Below, one piece after another: positions 6,270 to 16,964 of a DNA stretch of 53,846 nucleotides (positions are counted from its first letter, which is position 1; each line of letters begins with the position of its first letter). The notes under the pieces were generated by a model. The model was not told where the DNA came from. It worked only from the letters and a program-made list of their open reading frames with translations, and ran no database searches. The translations under genes were made by a program, and so were the position numbers. Where the stretch lies: IMG/VR virus record IMGVR_UViG_3300000558_000007; one strand, written 5' to 3'. Origin of the DNA: a virus.

Positions 6270-7562
6270 ATGGCAATAGCCAAAACAAAAGTTCAATTTC
6301 CAGAAAAATTAGATTTCCTTTTTAAGCCTGCGAGATACAAAATTGTGCACGGTGGTCGGGGGTCGGGTAAGTCGTGGGGATTTGCCAGAGCTTTGCTATT
6401 GTTGGGGGCATTAAAACCGCTGAGAATACTGTGTACCAGGGAAGTTCAAAAATCTATCAAGGATTCTGTTTATAAGCTTTTAACAGATCAAATCCAATTG
6501 ATGGGGCTTGGCGCTCAATATACTGTCTTTGCTACGACGCTCCGTGGCAACAACGGTACAGAAATGATTTTCGCTGGTTTGTCTAACCAAACCAACGAAT
6601 CAAAAAAATCTCTTGAAGGTATTGATATTGTCTGGGTCGATGAAGGCCAGGTAATTTCAGATCGGTCCTGGGAGATATTATTGCCCACCATCCGCAAAGA
6701 TGGGTCTGAAATTTGGGTATCATACAATCCGGAGTTAGCAACTGACCCTACCCATGTCCGTTTTGTTGTGAACAAGCCGGATGATGCGATCGTTGTCGAA
6801 ATGAATTACTCCGACAACCCGTGGTTTAACGACGTCATGGAGAAAGAGCGATTACATTGCAAAGCGACAGACCCAAAGGGATATCAAAATATTTGGGAAG
6901 GCAAATGCCGCCCGGCGGTGGCAGGGGCTATTTATCATGACGAAGTCGAAAAGATGGAATATGAGAAACGCTTATGCCGGGTGCCGTACGATCCTATGCT
7001 TAAAGTGCACGTCGTCTTCGATCTTGGGTGGAACGATTCCATGTCTATCTCTCTTGTGCAGCGCCACATCTCCGAAATACGTATCATTAAATATATTGAA
7101 GAGTCGCACAAGACATTGGATTGGTATTCCGCCGAATTGAAAAAACTAAATCTCAACTGGGGTAAAGTCTGGCTGCCGCACGATGGATTCAACGGGGATT
7201 ATAAAACCGGAAAAACAACCGCTCAAATGCTTAGGAAATTGGGATGGGATGTTCCTGAGAGAAATCAAATCGTTGAATTATCTGTTGAAGAAGGGATTAA
7301 AATAACAAGGATGGCAATGGGCCGCATGGCAATTGATCATACTTATTGCAAACGCCTCATCGAGTGTATCAAGCGATACAAACGACATATCAACAAACAA
7401 ACTGGCGAGCCGGGGGCTCCGGTGCACGATGAATATTCGCATGGAGCTGACAATGTCAGATATATATCCGTCAATGCGGACAAAATGACGAATGATACTA
7501 ACATTAAACCGCCAATCGTGCATGTAGGATATTCTCCGATTGATTCGGTGGTAGGATATTAA
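6270..7562 (+). CDS. terL: Terminase large subunit (PBSX/Terminase_3-like)
   Basis: 430 aa. Walker A is GGRGSGKS (nt ~6351-6374) and Walker B is IVWVDE. A C-terminal nuclease-like half is present. Confidence 0.9.
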   Translation: MAIAKTKVQFPEKLDFLFKPARYKIVHGGRGSGKSWGFARALLLLGALKPLRILCTREVQKSIKDSVYKLLTDQIQLMGLGAQYTVFATTLRGNNGTEMIFAGLSNQTNESKKSLEGIDIVWVDEGQVISDRSWEILLPTIRKDGSEIWVSYNPELATDPTHVRFVVNKPDDAIVVEMNYSDNPWFNDVMEKERLHCKATDPKGYQNIWEGKCRPAVAGAIYHDEVEKMEYEKRLCRVPYDPMLKVHVVFDLGWNDSMSISLVQRHISEIRIIKYIEESHKTLDWYSAELKKLNLNWGKVWLPHDGFNGDYKTGKTTAQMLRKLGWDVPERNQIVELSVEEGIKITRMAMGRMAIDHTYCKRLIECIKRYKRHINKQTGEPGAPVHDEYSHGADNVRYISVNADKMTNDTNIKPPIVHVGYSPIDSVVGY

Positions 7563-7567
7563 AAAAA

Positions 7568-9820
7568 ATGAACAATGATGAATATATGACATTGCAAAAC
7601 GCAGGGACAACCGATTCAGACGCGGAGCAGAAAAGCAAGCACGATCAATTAGCCTTGATAGAAAAATTGGCAAACAGTCTGTTGCAAAGAAGAGACGAAG
7701 CAGTCGCATTCAGAGCAGCGTCCGGTATAGAGCGACGTTGGAGAGAAGATGAGGCCCTGTTCAATGGTTTCGATCCGGATGATATGGTGGGATCATCGAT
7801 GCTTGATTACGCAACCGGTGTCGCAAATAATCGAAATCAAGGTGGGATAAACCGGTCAAAAGTTATCGTGAATATTATTCGGGGGAAATGTGAGGTTGCA
7901 GAAGGCAGGTTTGCGGATATTCAACTCCCTACGGATGATCGCAATTGGGGCTTGGATATTACTCCCGATCCTTTTATGCAAGATGCAATACGGGATAACA
8001 GGTTTGCGACAATGAAAGGATCGAATCAACCGATTCAGAACGAAGACGGAAAACCTGCTAAAGTTTCAGATGTCGCGAGAAAAGACCTGGATGGATTGCG
8101 GAAAAAAATGAAAGGGATGGAGACGGTTATCGAAGACCAGCTCCTGGAATGCGGTTATAACGGAGAGAACAGAAAAGTTATACGTGATGCAATTCGGTTA
8201 GGCACAGGGATTATAAAGGGTCCTAACGTTGTGAAGCGCGTGTATAAAAAATGGCAAGATGCTGGTGAAGGGATTTTTGCATTAGAAGTTATCGAGGAAC
8301 AAGCACCTGCCTCAAAGGCCGTGTCATGCTGGAATGTTTTTCCAGATCCGGATTGCGATGATGATATCAAAAAAGCATCATATGTCTGGGAACGTGAGCT
8401 GATACTCCCCAGGGATTTACGCGATCTTGTCGGTGTGAGTGGATATTTTGAGGATCAAATAAAAAAAGTTCTCAAAGAAGAACCAATACGGACCAGGGTA
8501 GGCTATGATTCGACATCAAATCAGCATCGAGTCGTAAAGGCCACATCTCCAGGAACAGGGAAGCTGTTTGAGAAATGGGAATACTACGGCAATTTAGAAA
8601 GGGACGACCTTGAAGCCCTCGGGATAGACTTATCGCATGACGATATCACTCAGAATTTTTCTGCCTGTGTTGTGTTTGTGAATGAGCGCCCAATCAAAGT
8701 CATGCTTAATGTCCTCGATACAGGGGACTTGCCTTATGATTTTTTTCAATGGACAACCGTTGCCGGGTCTGTCTGGGGTGTAGGTATTCCCAGAATTTTG
8801 TTCTGGCTGCAAAGAATACTTACAGCCGCATGGCGCGCCATGATGGATAATGCTGGTGATTCCGCCGGCGCCAATATCGTATTGTCAAACAAACTTGTGC
8901 CTGTGGACGGTAAATGGGAGATAACAGGCAAGAAAATATGGCGGTTTCTCGACAACGACGACGTGTCAGAAGCTGATGTCCGCAAAGCCTTCTCTCAATT
9001 TCAGATTGCCAACAATCAAAATCAACTGCAAGCCATTATTGAGATCGCTCTCAAATTTGTGGATATGGAAACCGCTATGCCTTCGCTGTTCCAGGGAGAA
9101 AAGGCTGAAGCTCCTGAGACGCTTGGCGCAACAAACATTATGGTTGATTCTGCCAATATTGCCCTACGTTCCCGGGTGAAATTGTTTGATGATAATATTA
9201 CTAAACCACATCTGACCAGGTATTATGACTGGAATATGCAATACCATAAAGACCCTGAGATTAAAGGCGACTTCTCTGTCGATGCCCGTGGGACATCGGT
9301 TCTTTACGAAAAAGACCAACATGCCAGGACGCTTATGCAAGTGATGGCAATGAAGAACGATCCGGACTTCAACTTAAAAATAGACTGGGATAAAGCTGTT
9401 GATCAAGTGTTGTCATCATTGAGGCTTAATATTTCTAAGACCGAAGAAGATTTAAATGCTGCCAAAGAACAACTCTCACAGATGGCACAACAAGGACAGC
9501 AAGAACACCCGGCCCTTTTAGCCGCAAAAATAAGAAGTGAAACCGAGTTAAAGAAAGCTCAATTCAGAATGCAAGAAGGTGAGGTGCAGCGTCAACATGA
9601 GCTGGTAATAAAAGAAATGGACCAGAACATCAAAATGATGGAATTGGCAAATACAAAAGGGATTTCCCTGGAAAGAATCAAAGCTGAACTTTCCAGGGAT
9701 GCCCTGAAACTAAAAACACAGGTGGCTTTGGCCGGACCGGATAGGAAGGGGCCACAGATTTTGACTCCTCCAGTCGAGCCGGAAGGCAGGGCACCAGAAG
9801 GAATGGCTTATCAAGCATGA
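7568..9820 (+). CDS. Portal protein
   Basis: 750 aa directly after TerL. It has a long C-terminal coiled-coil (EEDLNAAKEQLSQMAQQGQQ...), like portals with a barrel extension. Confidence 0.75.
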   Translation: MNNDEYMTLQNAGTTDSDAEQKSKHDQLALIEKLANSLLQRRDEAVAFRAASGIERRWREDEALFNGFDPDDMVGSSMLDYATGVANNRNQGGINRSKVIVNIIRGKCEVAEGRFADIQLPTDDRNWGLDITPDPFMQDAIRDNRFATMKGSNQPIQNEDGKPAKVSDVARKDLDGLRKKMKGMETVIEDQLLECGYNGENRKVIRDAIRLGTGIIKGPNVVKRVYKKWQDAGEGIFALEVIEEQAPASKAVSCWNVFPDPDCDDDIKKASYVWERELILPRDLRDLVGVSGYFEDQIKKVLKEEPIRTRVGYDSTSNQHRVVKATSPGTGKLFEKWEYYGNLERDDLEALGIDLSHDDITQNFSACVVFVNERPIKVMLNVLDTGDLPYDFFQWTTVAGSVWGVGIPRILFWLQRILTAAWRAMMDNAGDSAGANIVLSNKLVPVDGKWEITGKKIWRFLDNDDVSEADVRKAFSQFQIANNQNQLQAIIEIALKFVDMETAMPSLFQGEKAEAPETLGATNIMVDSANIALRSRVKLFDDNITKPHLTRYYDWNMQYHKDPEIKGDFSVDARGTSVLYEKDQHARTLMQVMAMKNDPDFNLKIDWDKAVDQVLSSLRLNISKTEEDLNAAKEQLSQMAQQGQQEHPALLAAKIRSETELKKAQFRMQEGEVQRQHELVIKEMDQNIKMMELANTKGISLERIKAELSRDALKLKTQVALAGPDRKGPQILTPPVEPEGRAPEGMAYQA

Positions 9821-10095
9821 AACTTTTCCGTCTGTTTAAAAAGAAGTCGGTGGCCATTGATGACAAATTTAAGCCGTTTGTTATCAATGGCCACGTTCCT
9901 GATATCGGCAGAATTGAGCAATCATCTCCGACATGGGTATTCATCGATCAGTGGGCCAAGGCAGAAATCGAGACCCTGAGAAAGAAGAACGACAATATCA
10001 ATGCGTCAAAACAACAAACGACGATTTATCGTGCAGAAATCAGATTGTTAAAAAAAATTGTAGCATTACCGGGAATGGTGACCATTCAGCGATAA
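9817..10095 (+). CDS. Hypothetical protein (92 aa)
   Basis: ATGA overlap with the portal stop. Confidence 0.5.
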   Translation: MKLFRLFKKKSVAIDDKFKPFVINGHVPDIGRIEQSSPTWVFIDQWAKAEIETLRKKNDNINASKQQTTIYRAEIRLLKKIVALPGMVTIQR

Positions 10096-10182
10096 AATGC
10101 AAAGGATGAATTGCTAAACATAAAATAGAGCCGGGAAACCGCCTCAAAATTAACCGCCAACAGCCGGTTAAAAAAGGGAAAA

Positions 10183-11073
10183 ATGACACCTGAAAAAACA
10201 ATAAACGAAATGAGTCAGGACGAACAAACACTACGCGAAGAAGTGTTTGCCGAGGTTTTTGACGCCGAGGTTTTTGACATGGATGCGGATGCGTCGGAAC
10301 GCATCGATGAAATCAACAATGATGACATAGCATCCAATGAAACCAACGCCCCACAAGAACAGGATGCAAAGAACACTGACAATGCAGAGAGTCCGAATAT
10401 CCCTTCTGAACTGCAAAAGCAATTTGAAGAGATATCCAGACGTCTAGAAACATTAAGTGCCGTCGAAGAACGATTAAAGCAGACAGAACGACGGATAGGT
10501 TCAATTCAAAATGAATTCCATGCAGCCAAGGTTGCAGCAACAGAGCAATCAAAAGCGCCGACAGCCAGCGAGATGGCAACCGCCGCAAAAGACAAGGCTG
10601 ATTGGGATGAATTGAAAGAGGATTATCCGGAATGGGCTGAAGCCATTGAAAAGAAACTTGCCGCTACAAGCGCCGAGGTCTCAAAGGCGATACCCAAAGT
10701 TTCTGATTTGAGAGACGGCCTTGTGTCTCAAGATGTTTTTGAAGAGCGGTTGCTTACATTCAAGCACCCAGACTGGAAGAATACAGTCAAAACCGCTGAG
10801 TATCAAGACTGGCTTAAAGCTCAACCAGAAGATGTGCAATATAAGCATTATCACGGGAAAACTGCAGATGATGCCATCTTCGTGTTGGACAGTTTTAATG
10901 CCCCCAGGACGACAAAGAAAGACCCTCAGCACCTTGCTGAAGAACGAAAAAACAGGCTTAAACAAGCCGAACAAAAAATGAAACCGCAAAGAACGAAAGG
11001 TTTCCAAAAGTCTGAAGACGATATGTCTGAAGATGAGCTGCGGGAACTTGAGTTTGCAAAAATATGGGGATAA
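10183..11073 (+). CDS. Putative scaffolding protein
   Basis: 296 aa, acidic and helical/coiled-coil rich, positioned between portal and capsid. Confidence 0.6.
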   Translation: MTPEKTINEMSQDEQTLREEVFAEVFDAEVFDMDADASERIDEINNDDIASNETNAPQEQDAKNTDNAESPNIPSELQKQFEEISRRLETLSAVEERLKQTERRIGSIQNEFHAAKVAATEQSKAPTASEMATAAKDKADWDELKEDYPEWAEAIEKKLAATSAEVSKAIPKVSDLRDGLVSQDVFEERLLTFKHPDWKNTVKTAEYQDWLKAQPEDVQYKHYHGKTADDAIFVLDSFNAPRTTKKDPQHLAEERKNRLKQAEQKMKPQRTKGFQKSEDDMSEDELRELEFAKIWG

Positions 11074-11096
11074 CTCCCCGGGAAAGGTAAAAAGAT

Positions 11097-12158
11097 ATGG
11101 CCATTCAAAATTACGGCACAGTTCCATCAAGGAATTTAATCAGAGCAGAAGGGCAGATGCTGAAACATGCAGAACCTATCATGGTATTGGGATCATTTGG
11201 ATCTCAACATCATCACCCAAAACGGAAAACCGACACCCCTGTGTTCAGACGGCTGGACCCGTTCAATGTAACCTCTGACGGCGTCGCAAATATCACTCCA
11301 TCCAATTTTGTGACATCAGAAGGCACAACCCCTGACGCCAACACGATCAGCTACACAGACGTGTCTGTCACGCTTGAGCAGTATGCAGTGCTGTTCAAAT
11401 ATTCATCCAAATCAGAATTGATGTATGAAGATGACATCCCGGCCGACATGCAGAAACTGACAGGGGAAACCCTTGGCGAGGTCGCCGAACTCGTTTCGTA
11501 CGGTGCTGTTCGGGCCGGGTCAAGTGTTATTTATGCCAACGGCAGTACTCGTGCAGGTCTTAGCTCAACAATCTCCCTGAATAATCTCCGTGCCGCTGCC
11601 AGGTCGATGGAAAACAACCGTGGCCGTTATGTTACCAGCCGAATAGCCCCGGGAGCTGCGTTCGGAACGTCTTCCGTAGAACCTGCTTATATTGTATTCA
11701 TGCATACTGACATGAGCTCCGATGTCCGCGATCTCCCTGGCTTCACAAAGCGGGTTGATTATGGAACAGCAATCACACCGGTCCATGATCGTGAGATCGG
11801 AGCGTGTGAAGATTTCCGGTTTGTGACATCTCCATTGTTTCGCCCATTCTTGGGTGCCGGTGCTGCTATCGGTACCACCGGGATGGTCAGTGCAGAGGGG
11901 GTAAAATGTGATGTATATCCCATGATTATCATTGCCGAAGATGCCTGGGGCCATGTAAGCCTCAAGGGTGAAAAAATCCCGGGTACGAAAAACGCTGCTA
12001 ACACAGGCATCTCTCCAACAATTATTCCTGCCACTCAGAAGAATCATGCCAACCCGTCAGGGATGTTCGGGTATGTCGGAGCGGACTTCTGGTATGCCCC
12101 GGTCAGGCTGAATGAAAACTGGATGACAAGAATCGAATGTTGCGCCACTAAGATATAA
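11097..12158 (+). CDS. Major capsid protein (HK97 fold; resembles the N4 gp56-type family by eye)
   Basis: 353 aa after the scaffold gene. Segments PVFRRLDPF...TSEGTTPD...VSVTLEQYAVLFKYS are typical of this capsid class. Confidence 0.8.
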   Translation: MAIQNYGTVPSRNLIRAEGQMLKHAEPIMVLGSFGSQHHHPKRKTDTPVFRRLDPFNVTSDGVANITPSNFVTSEGTTPDANTISYTDVSVTLEQYAVLFKYSSKSELMYEDDIPADMQKLTGETLGEVAELVSYGAVRAGSSVIYANGSTRAGLSSTISLNNLRAAARSMENNRGRYVTSRIAPGAAFGTSSVEPAYIVFMHTDMSSDVRDLPGFTKRVDYGTAITPVHDREIGACEDFRFVTSPLFRPFLGAGAAIGTTGMVSAEGVKCDVYPMIIIAEDAWGHVSLKGEKIPGTKNAANTGISPTIIPATQKNHANPSGMFGYVGADFWYAPVRLNENWMTRIECCATKI

Positions 12159-12200
12159 AATCTTGAATGTTGTGTAACTGATATCTCATCATTTTTATTA

Positions 12201-12226
12201 GGCAGGATGGATAATTCCACCCTGCC
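12201..12226 (+). other. Hairpin after the capsid gene (possible partial terminator)
   Basis: ggcaggatgg pairs with ccaccctgcc (9 of 10 bp) around a 6-nt loop. No U-run. Confidence 0.35.
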
Positions 12227-12240
12227 TTGGAGAAATAACA

Positions 12241-12519
12241 ATGGCCGAAAAAAGTATAAAACGACGGATGCAGGCGGTGTCCAATAAATCGGATGCCAGC
12301 GAATTGCGTTCACTGCTTGATGCAACTTTAACAGATTTGACAGAGCTCAGGGATGAATTGGTTAAATCTGTGGCAGACGTGAAAAGAGTCGCAATGGCAT
12401 TAGATACCCTGGCAACCAAATTGAATGCAGATACCGGGGTGGCTGATACCAACTATGCCACCAATAACAATGCTGCGATTACATCAGCAACCCCGAATGC
12501 GTTAACGCTTACCAGTTAA
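12241..12519 (+). CDS. Hypothetical coiled-coil virion-module protein (92 aa)
   Basis: RBS ggag. Heptad-like sequence LRSLLDATLTDLTELRDELVKSVADVKRV. Confidence 0.5.
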   Translation: MAEKSIKRRMQAVSNKSDASELRSLLDATLTDLTELRDELVKSVADVKRVAMALDTLATKLNADTGVADTNYATNNNAAITSATPNALTLTS

Positions 12520-12594
12520 CGCTTACCAGTTAATGATTGCTATAGATAGGAACAACGATCAATGAATTTGAATGATGATTTAAGAGGAGGCACA

Positions 12595-13017
12595 ATGTGC
12601 CTTGGTTGTGTCGGCCTGGCTTTAGACGCTTCTGCAAAGGCAGATGCGGAGACGCTTGCCGATTTTGCGTTCGCTATAAATGGACGCACATACAAAAAAA
12701 CAAGCGGTGACGGCGATGTGCAGCTTGACGGGAATACAGTAACAGCCGGATATACTGCGCTGTTTTTGATTGTTGTCAGTGCTGCAGGCACCATTACTGC
12801 GGTTAAAAGCGATGAAGTTTCAAACGATGATCTCGAATCCGGAGAATCGGTGTTGCATTGGCCGGTACCAACGGCGAATACCTGCCCGATTGGAGCTTTA
12901 AAAATTAAAAATGCGTCTGCTTCAGTCTTTACCGGCGGCACCACTCTGCTCGATGCAGCAAATATAACTACAACATTTTATGACTTGCTCACTGTGCCGG
13001 CTACTCCGCTGACATAG
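12595..13017 (+). CDS. Hypothetical virion-module protein (140 aa)
   Basis: This internal ATG has the strong RBS aagaggagg 5 nt upstream, so I prefer it to the 12562 start. Confidence 0.5.
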   Translation: MCLGCVGLALDASAKADAETLADFAFAINGRTYKKTSGDGDVQLDGNTVTAGYTALFLIVVSAAGTITAVKSDEVSNDDLESGESVLHWPVPTANTCPIGALKIKNASASVFTGGTTLLDAANITTTFYDLLTVPATPLT

Positions 13018-13053
13018 CACCTGGTCTGGGCGGTTATTGACCCAATAAACATT

Positions 13054-13092
13054 AACCACCCTGGGTTGGATTTTCCGATTCAGGGTGGTTTT
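13054..13092 (+). terminator. Putative terminator/attenuator
   Basis: aaccaccctg (13054-13063) pairs with cagggtggtt (13081-13090) and is followed by tt. 17-nt loop. Confidence 0.5.
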
Positions 13093-13110
13093 CAAAGGAA
13101 TTTAAAAAAT

Positions 13111-13560
13111 ATGGCACCAAGAAAAGTTGAAATTGATGAAAGTAGTGTCCCGAATAAAGACCCGTTTGCTATTTCAGAAATAGGGCTGGCTACCGGGCTT
13201 GAACAGGTTTCAGAAAACGATTTTGTAAAAGCGGCAGAGCTGGAAGCCTTTATGAATCAATACCTCACAATCATACTGTCACCATCGTCCAATAAAGAGG
13301 ACCTACGGGTAGTTACCCCAAGCGTTGGAGGCATCAACCAACCGATCGTCAGGGGCCGTCAGACCAAGGTAAAACGAAAGTATGTTGAAGCTCTTGTCCG
13401 CTGCACAAACACAAGATATGAACAGCGAGTGTCAGATCCTTCTCAGCCACATAAAATCAAGATGGTCGAATATACGGTGCCACAATACCCGCTGACGGTT
13501 ATCAGTGATCCGCATCCGCATGGATTTGCCTGGCTTGAATCCATAACGGCGTCGCTATAA
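13111..13560 (+). CDS. Hypothetical virion-module protein (149 aa)
   Basis: I prefer this ATG because the TTG at 13066 lies inside the hairpin. Confidence 0.5.
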   Translation: MAPRKVEIDESSVPNKDPFAISEIGLATGLEQVSENDFVKAAELEAFMNQYLTIILSPSSNKEDLRVVTPSVGGINQPIVRGRQTKVKRKYVEALVRCTNTRYEQRVSDPSQPHKIKMVEYTVPQYPLTVISDPHPHGFAWLESITASL

Positions 13561-13562
13561 AA

Positions 13563-14240
13563 ATGAATTTTCTGGCTATGTGTCAACGTTTGAAGCGGGA
13601 GGCTGGGCTTCCGGGTGGAGGCCCAGTTTCGGTCAGCAATCAAACTGGTATTCATAAACAAATTGTAGAATGGATACAATCTGCCGATGAGGATATTCAA
13701 AATCAACACGCGGACTGGTCATTTCTTGCCAGGGATTTCGAATTTATAACAGTTGAAGGCAAACAAGCGTACTCACTATCCGATGCATCCCTGGCAGACC
13801 TAAACCACTGGAAAACAAATGACTATGACCAAATTTCGTGCCGACGTGAGTATACCGACGAACAGTTCTTGATCCCGTTGACCTGGTCTGAGTTCAAACG
13901 AGTATATCTGTTTGGATCATCCAGAACAATATCCGGAAGGCCACAGTTTTTTTCAATTAAACCAGATAAGTCAATTGTCTTTTATCCCATCCCTGACAAT
14001 GCTTATACAATATCTGGTGAATATTTTATAAAAGCAAAATTGATGACCGTGAATTCAGATGAGCCACCTTATCCGTCAGAATACCACATGGCTGCTGTCT
14101 GGAGGGCGTTAATGTTTTATGGTGCATTCGACGCCGCTGACGAACGGTACAGTCATGGGCAAAATGAATACCGGCGTGTTATGAATGGAATGTATTCGGA
14201 CCAGCTTCCAACGGTATCATGGGGAGAACCACTAGTATGA
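13563..14240 (+). CDS. Virion structural protein (possible head-tail adaptor / tail tubular A-like)
   Basis: 225 aa. N-terminal pattern CQRLKREAGLPGGGPVSVSNQTGIHKQIVEWIQSADEDIQNQHADWSFL recurs in podovirus structural modules, from memory. Confidence 0.45.
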   Translation: MNFLAMCQRLKREAGLPGGGPVSVSNQTGIHKQIVEWIQSADEDIQNQHADWSFLARDFEFITVEGKQAYSLSDASLADLNHWKTNDYDQISCRREYTDEQFLIPLTWSEFKRVYLFGSSRTISGRPQFFSIKPDKSIVFYPIPDNAYTISGEYFIKAKLMTVNSDEPPYPSEYHMAAVWRALMFYGAFDAADERYSHGQNEYRRVMNGMYSDQLPTVSWGEPLV

Positions 14241-16276
14241 GGTTAAAACCTGTTTCGGTGTCAACAGAATATTCGCCATTGGTGGGTGGATTAGATCAAG
14301 CTTCTCCGCCGTTGACCATAAAAGCAGGCAGATTAATTGATTGCGTAAATTACGAAGCAGGCGTTCTTGGTGGTTATCAACGAATCGATGGCTACGAACG
14401 ATTCGATGGTCGGCCGTCACCGTCAGACGCTGTTTATTATTTTGCTCCAACCGAAACCTCTTTGGTTGATATTGTCGATGTTGGGGATATTATTACAGGT
14501 GATACAAGTGGTGCTATCGGTATTGTTGCGAGAGTAACAGAAGAGGCGCTTAATCTTACGAAAGTTTTTGGCAATTTTGAGATTGAAGATATTTTGCTTT
14601 CTGGCGATGTTATCGGAAGGATTATTGAGATCCCAACTATCAGCGGAGAGCTGTCGATTGCGCCTGATGCTGAAGCCAAAAATGCGGCAGCGGATATTTA
14701 TCGTAATGATATTTCAGGTCCAACCGGTTCAGGTCCAATTAGAGGTTTAGCTTTACTTAATGGGGTTTTGTATTGTTTTAGAAATAATGTCGCCGGGAAT
14801 GCCGGGAAAATTTTTAAAGCGACATCAAGCGGATGGGTGGAAGTTCCTTTATATAGTCAGATTTCTTTTATTTCTGGTGTCGAATCAATTCCGGATGGCA
14901 CATTTATTTTACAATCTGTTTCAGGGGCAAGCGCTATTGTTCGCAGGACTGTTTTGGAGTCTGGTGAATGGGGTAGCACGGCTCAAGGTAGATTTATAAT
15001 TTCGAACATTGCAGGCACTTTTAACAAGATCAATGTAATAACTGTTTTGGGTGTTACAAAAGCGACTGCCAGTTCAACCGTGACACCGATCACAATTTCT
15101 CCTGGCGGACGTTATGAAACCATGGTGTACAATTTTTATGGCAGCACAGAAACAAAAAGGATTTATGGTGCCAACGGAGTTAATAAAGGTTTTGAGTTTG
15201 ATGGGTCTGTTTATGTGCCTATTAATACAGGCATGAGTGTAGATAAACCGGAATATGTTTATGCTCACAAACAACAGTTATTCTTCTCATTCAAAGGCTC
15301 ATTGCAACATTCAGGGGTAGGGAACCCATGCCAATGGACTGCAATTTCTGGAGCAAATGAGATTGGTATGGGTGACAATATCACAGGCATTATATCTTTG
15401 CCAGGGAAGGCCCTGGCGATTATGTCAAGAAATTCATCCAGCCAACTCATTGGAAATAATGTTGATGATTATGTCTTGGACGGAATATCCGATGAAGTTG
15501 GTTGTATTCCGCGTACTGTACAACGGCTTGGGTATTCATATTGCCTGGACGATCGTGGTATTATAGGAATTGTTCCAACAGATTCATTCGGTAATTTTGA
15601 GAATTCAACAATCAGTCATATTGTGCAACCAGCGATCGATCAAATTCGATCCAAGGTTGTTGCTTCATCTGTGTATCGCAGTCGTAATCAATATCGCATT
15701 TATGGGTCTGATGGTTCCGGGATTTGCATGACCATTACACAAGACAATAAATTCGCATTCACAAAGTTTAAATATCCTGTTAATGTGGCGTGCGTAACAA
15801 CCGGTGAGGATAATACCGGAAAAGATGTTGTCTTTTTTGGTGATGACCAAGGCATGGTTTACCAGGCAGATAAAGGGAGTTCGTTTGACGGTGAAGAAAT
15901 TTTGGCTTTTATATATCTGCCGTTCAATCATTCCAAATCACCAACGACATTGAAAACGTATCGCAAGGCTACAATAGAAATGACTGCTCAAAACTATAGT
16001 CAAATATGGATTATACCTGATTTTTCATATAGTGACATCGACCTTCCTGCGCACATTGCCGAGGAAATACCTATCCTTGGGGAGGGTGGACACTTTGATA
16101 TGGATTTATGGAATTCTTTTTTTTATGATGCAACAGTCATATCCAGCCCATCAATACGAATCAATGGTACAGGGGTTAATATAGGGTTCGTCTTATTCAG
16201 CAAAAGCGAAATAGATTACGGCCATAAATTCGATGGTATTTTTATGCATTACACGCCCAGGAGATTATCAAGATGA
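14237..16276 (+). CDS. Large virion structural protein (possible tail tube/nozzle)
   Basis: 679 aa, ATGA overlap with the upstream gene. The call rests on position and size only. Confidence 0.45.
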   Translation: MRLKPVSVSTEYSPLVGGLDQASPPLTIKAGRLIDCVNYEAGVLGGYQRIDGYERFDGRPSPSDAVYYFAPTETSLVDIVDVGDIITGDTSGAIGIVARVTEEALNLTKVFGNFEIEDILLSGDVIGRIIEIPTISGELSIAPDAEAKNAAADIYRNDISGPTGSGPIRGLALLNGVLYCFRNNVAGNAGKIFKATSSGWVEVPLYSQISFISGVESIPDGTFILQSVSGASAIVRRTVLESGEWGSTAQGRFIISNIAGTFNKINVITVLGVTKATASSTVTPITISPGGRYETMVYNFYGSTETKRIYGANGVNKGFEFDGSVYVPINTGMSVDKPEYVYAHKQQLFFSFKGSLQHSGVGNPCQWTAISGANEIGMGDNITGIISLPGKALAIMSRNSSSQLIGNNVDDYVLDGISDEVGCIPRTVQRLGYSYCLDDRGIIGIVPTDSFGNFENSTISHIVQPAIDQIRSKVVASSVYRSRNQYRIYGSDGSGICMTITQDNKFAFTKFKYPVNVACVTTGEDNTGKDVVFFGDDQGMVYQADKGSSFDGEEILAFIYLPFNHSKSPTTLKTYRKATIEMTAQNYSQIWIIPDFSYSDIDLPAHIAEEIPILGEGGHFDMDLWNSFFYDATVISSPSIRINGTGVNIGFVLFSKSEIDYGHKFDGIFMHYTPRRLSR

Positions 16277-16944
16277 GTGAATATTATACACCTCCAGATG
16301 ACATAGTGCCATTTACAAAGGTCAAATCTTCACAAATAAACGAACTCAAAGAATCTGTAAAAAGTGGTTTTGATAATTTACCAACAGATTTGTCAGGATT
16401 GAAACAAGAAATTATTGATGCCAGGGAAGGGCGGGAGTCATTATTTGAGCGTTTAATAGAGGCAGAAGCTGCGACATCAGCCGATGTCATCAGTTGCGAT
16501 GAAATTTTATCAGAGTGTCAAGATGAATTACTTAATTGCAAAGTGGAAACATCAAATTGTATTGAGCAGACGTATTTGTCTACTGAACAAGCGAAACTTG
16601 CAAAAAAATATCTCGATTATTTAATTTTCAGCCCAGAAGTCTCCAGTAGCTTGAGCACGGCAACGATTGGCACAGGAATAAAAAGCCTAACTGTGGAACC
16701 TGAGAAAGATTTCACACAGGATATGTGGATCATTGCAGTGGATCGCACGGCACCAGAAAATTATATGAAAGGTTATATCTCATCTTATGACAGTGTTACC
16801 GGGGATTTAAATTTAGCGGCTGTTCAGGTGCAAGGTACTGGATGCTCTTCAAGCAGTTGGCTGGTTTCTCAAACCTCCCCGGCGGTGGCGTCAGAATATA
16901 GTCCAGTATCTTTTAAGGGCCTGGTCATGGCGGAAATGTTTTAG
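16273..16944 (+). CDS. Hypothetical tail-associated protein (223 aa)
   Basis: ATGA overlap. N-terminal coiled-coil and Cys-rich linker. Confidence 0.45.
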   Translation: MSEYYTPPDDIVPFTKVKSSQINELKESVKSGFDNLPTDLSGLKQEIIDAREGRESLFERLIEAEAATSADVISCDEILSECQDELLNCKVETSNCIEQTYLSTEQAKLAKKYLDYLIFSPEVSSSLSTATIGTGIKSLTVEPEKDFTQDMWIIAVDRTAPENYMKGYISSYDSVTGDLNLAAVQVQGTGCSSSSWLVSQTSPAVASEYSPVSFKGLVMAEMF

Positions 16945-16964
16945 AGTTTTAGGAGAAAATTAAA

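Noticed and set aside
12501-12533. 14-bp tandem duplication (gttaacgcttacca x2 + gttaa) that duplicates a stop-codon context; also the 3 x 9-bp aaggatttc repeat at 18814-18840
   Set aside because: These look like small replication-slippage duplications in intergenic or RBS regions. I considered recoding or frameshifting but found no downstream in-frame extension of note.
13066-13110. TTG start for the 13066-13560 ORF
   Set aside because: The TTG lies in the loop of the 13054-13092 terminator-like hairpin. I prefer the ATG at 13111.
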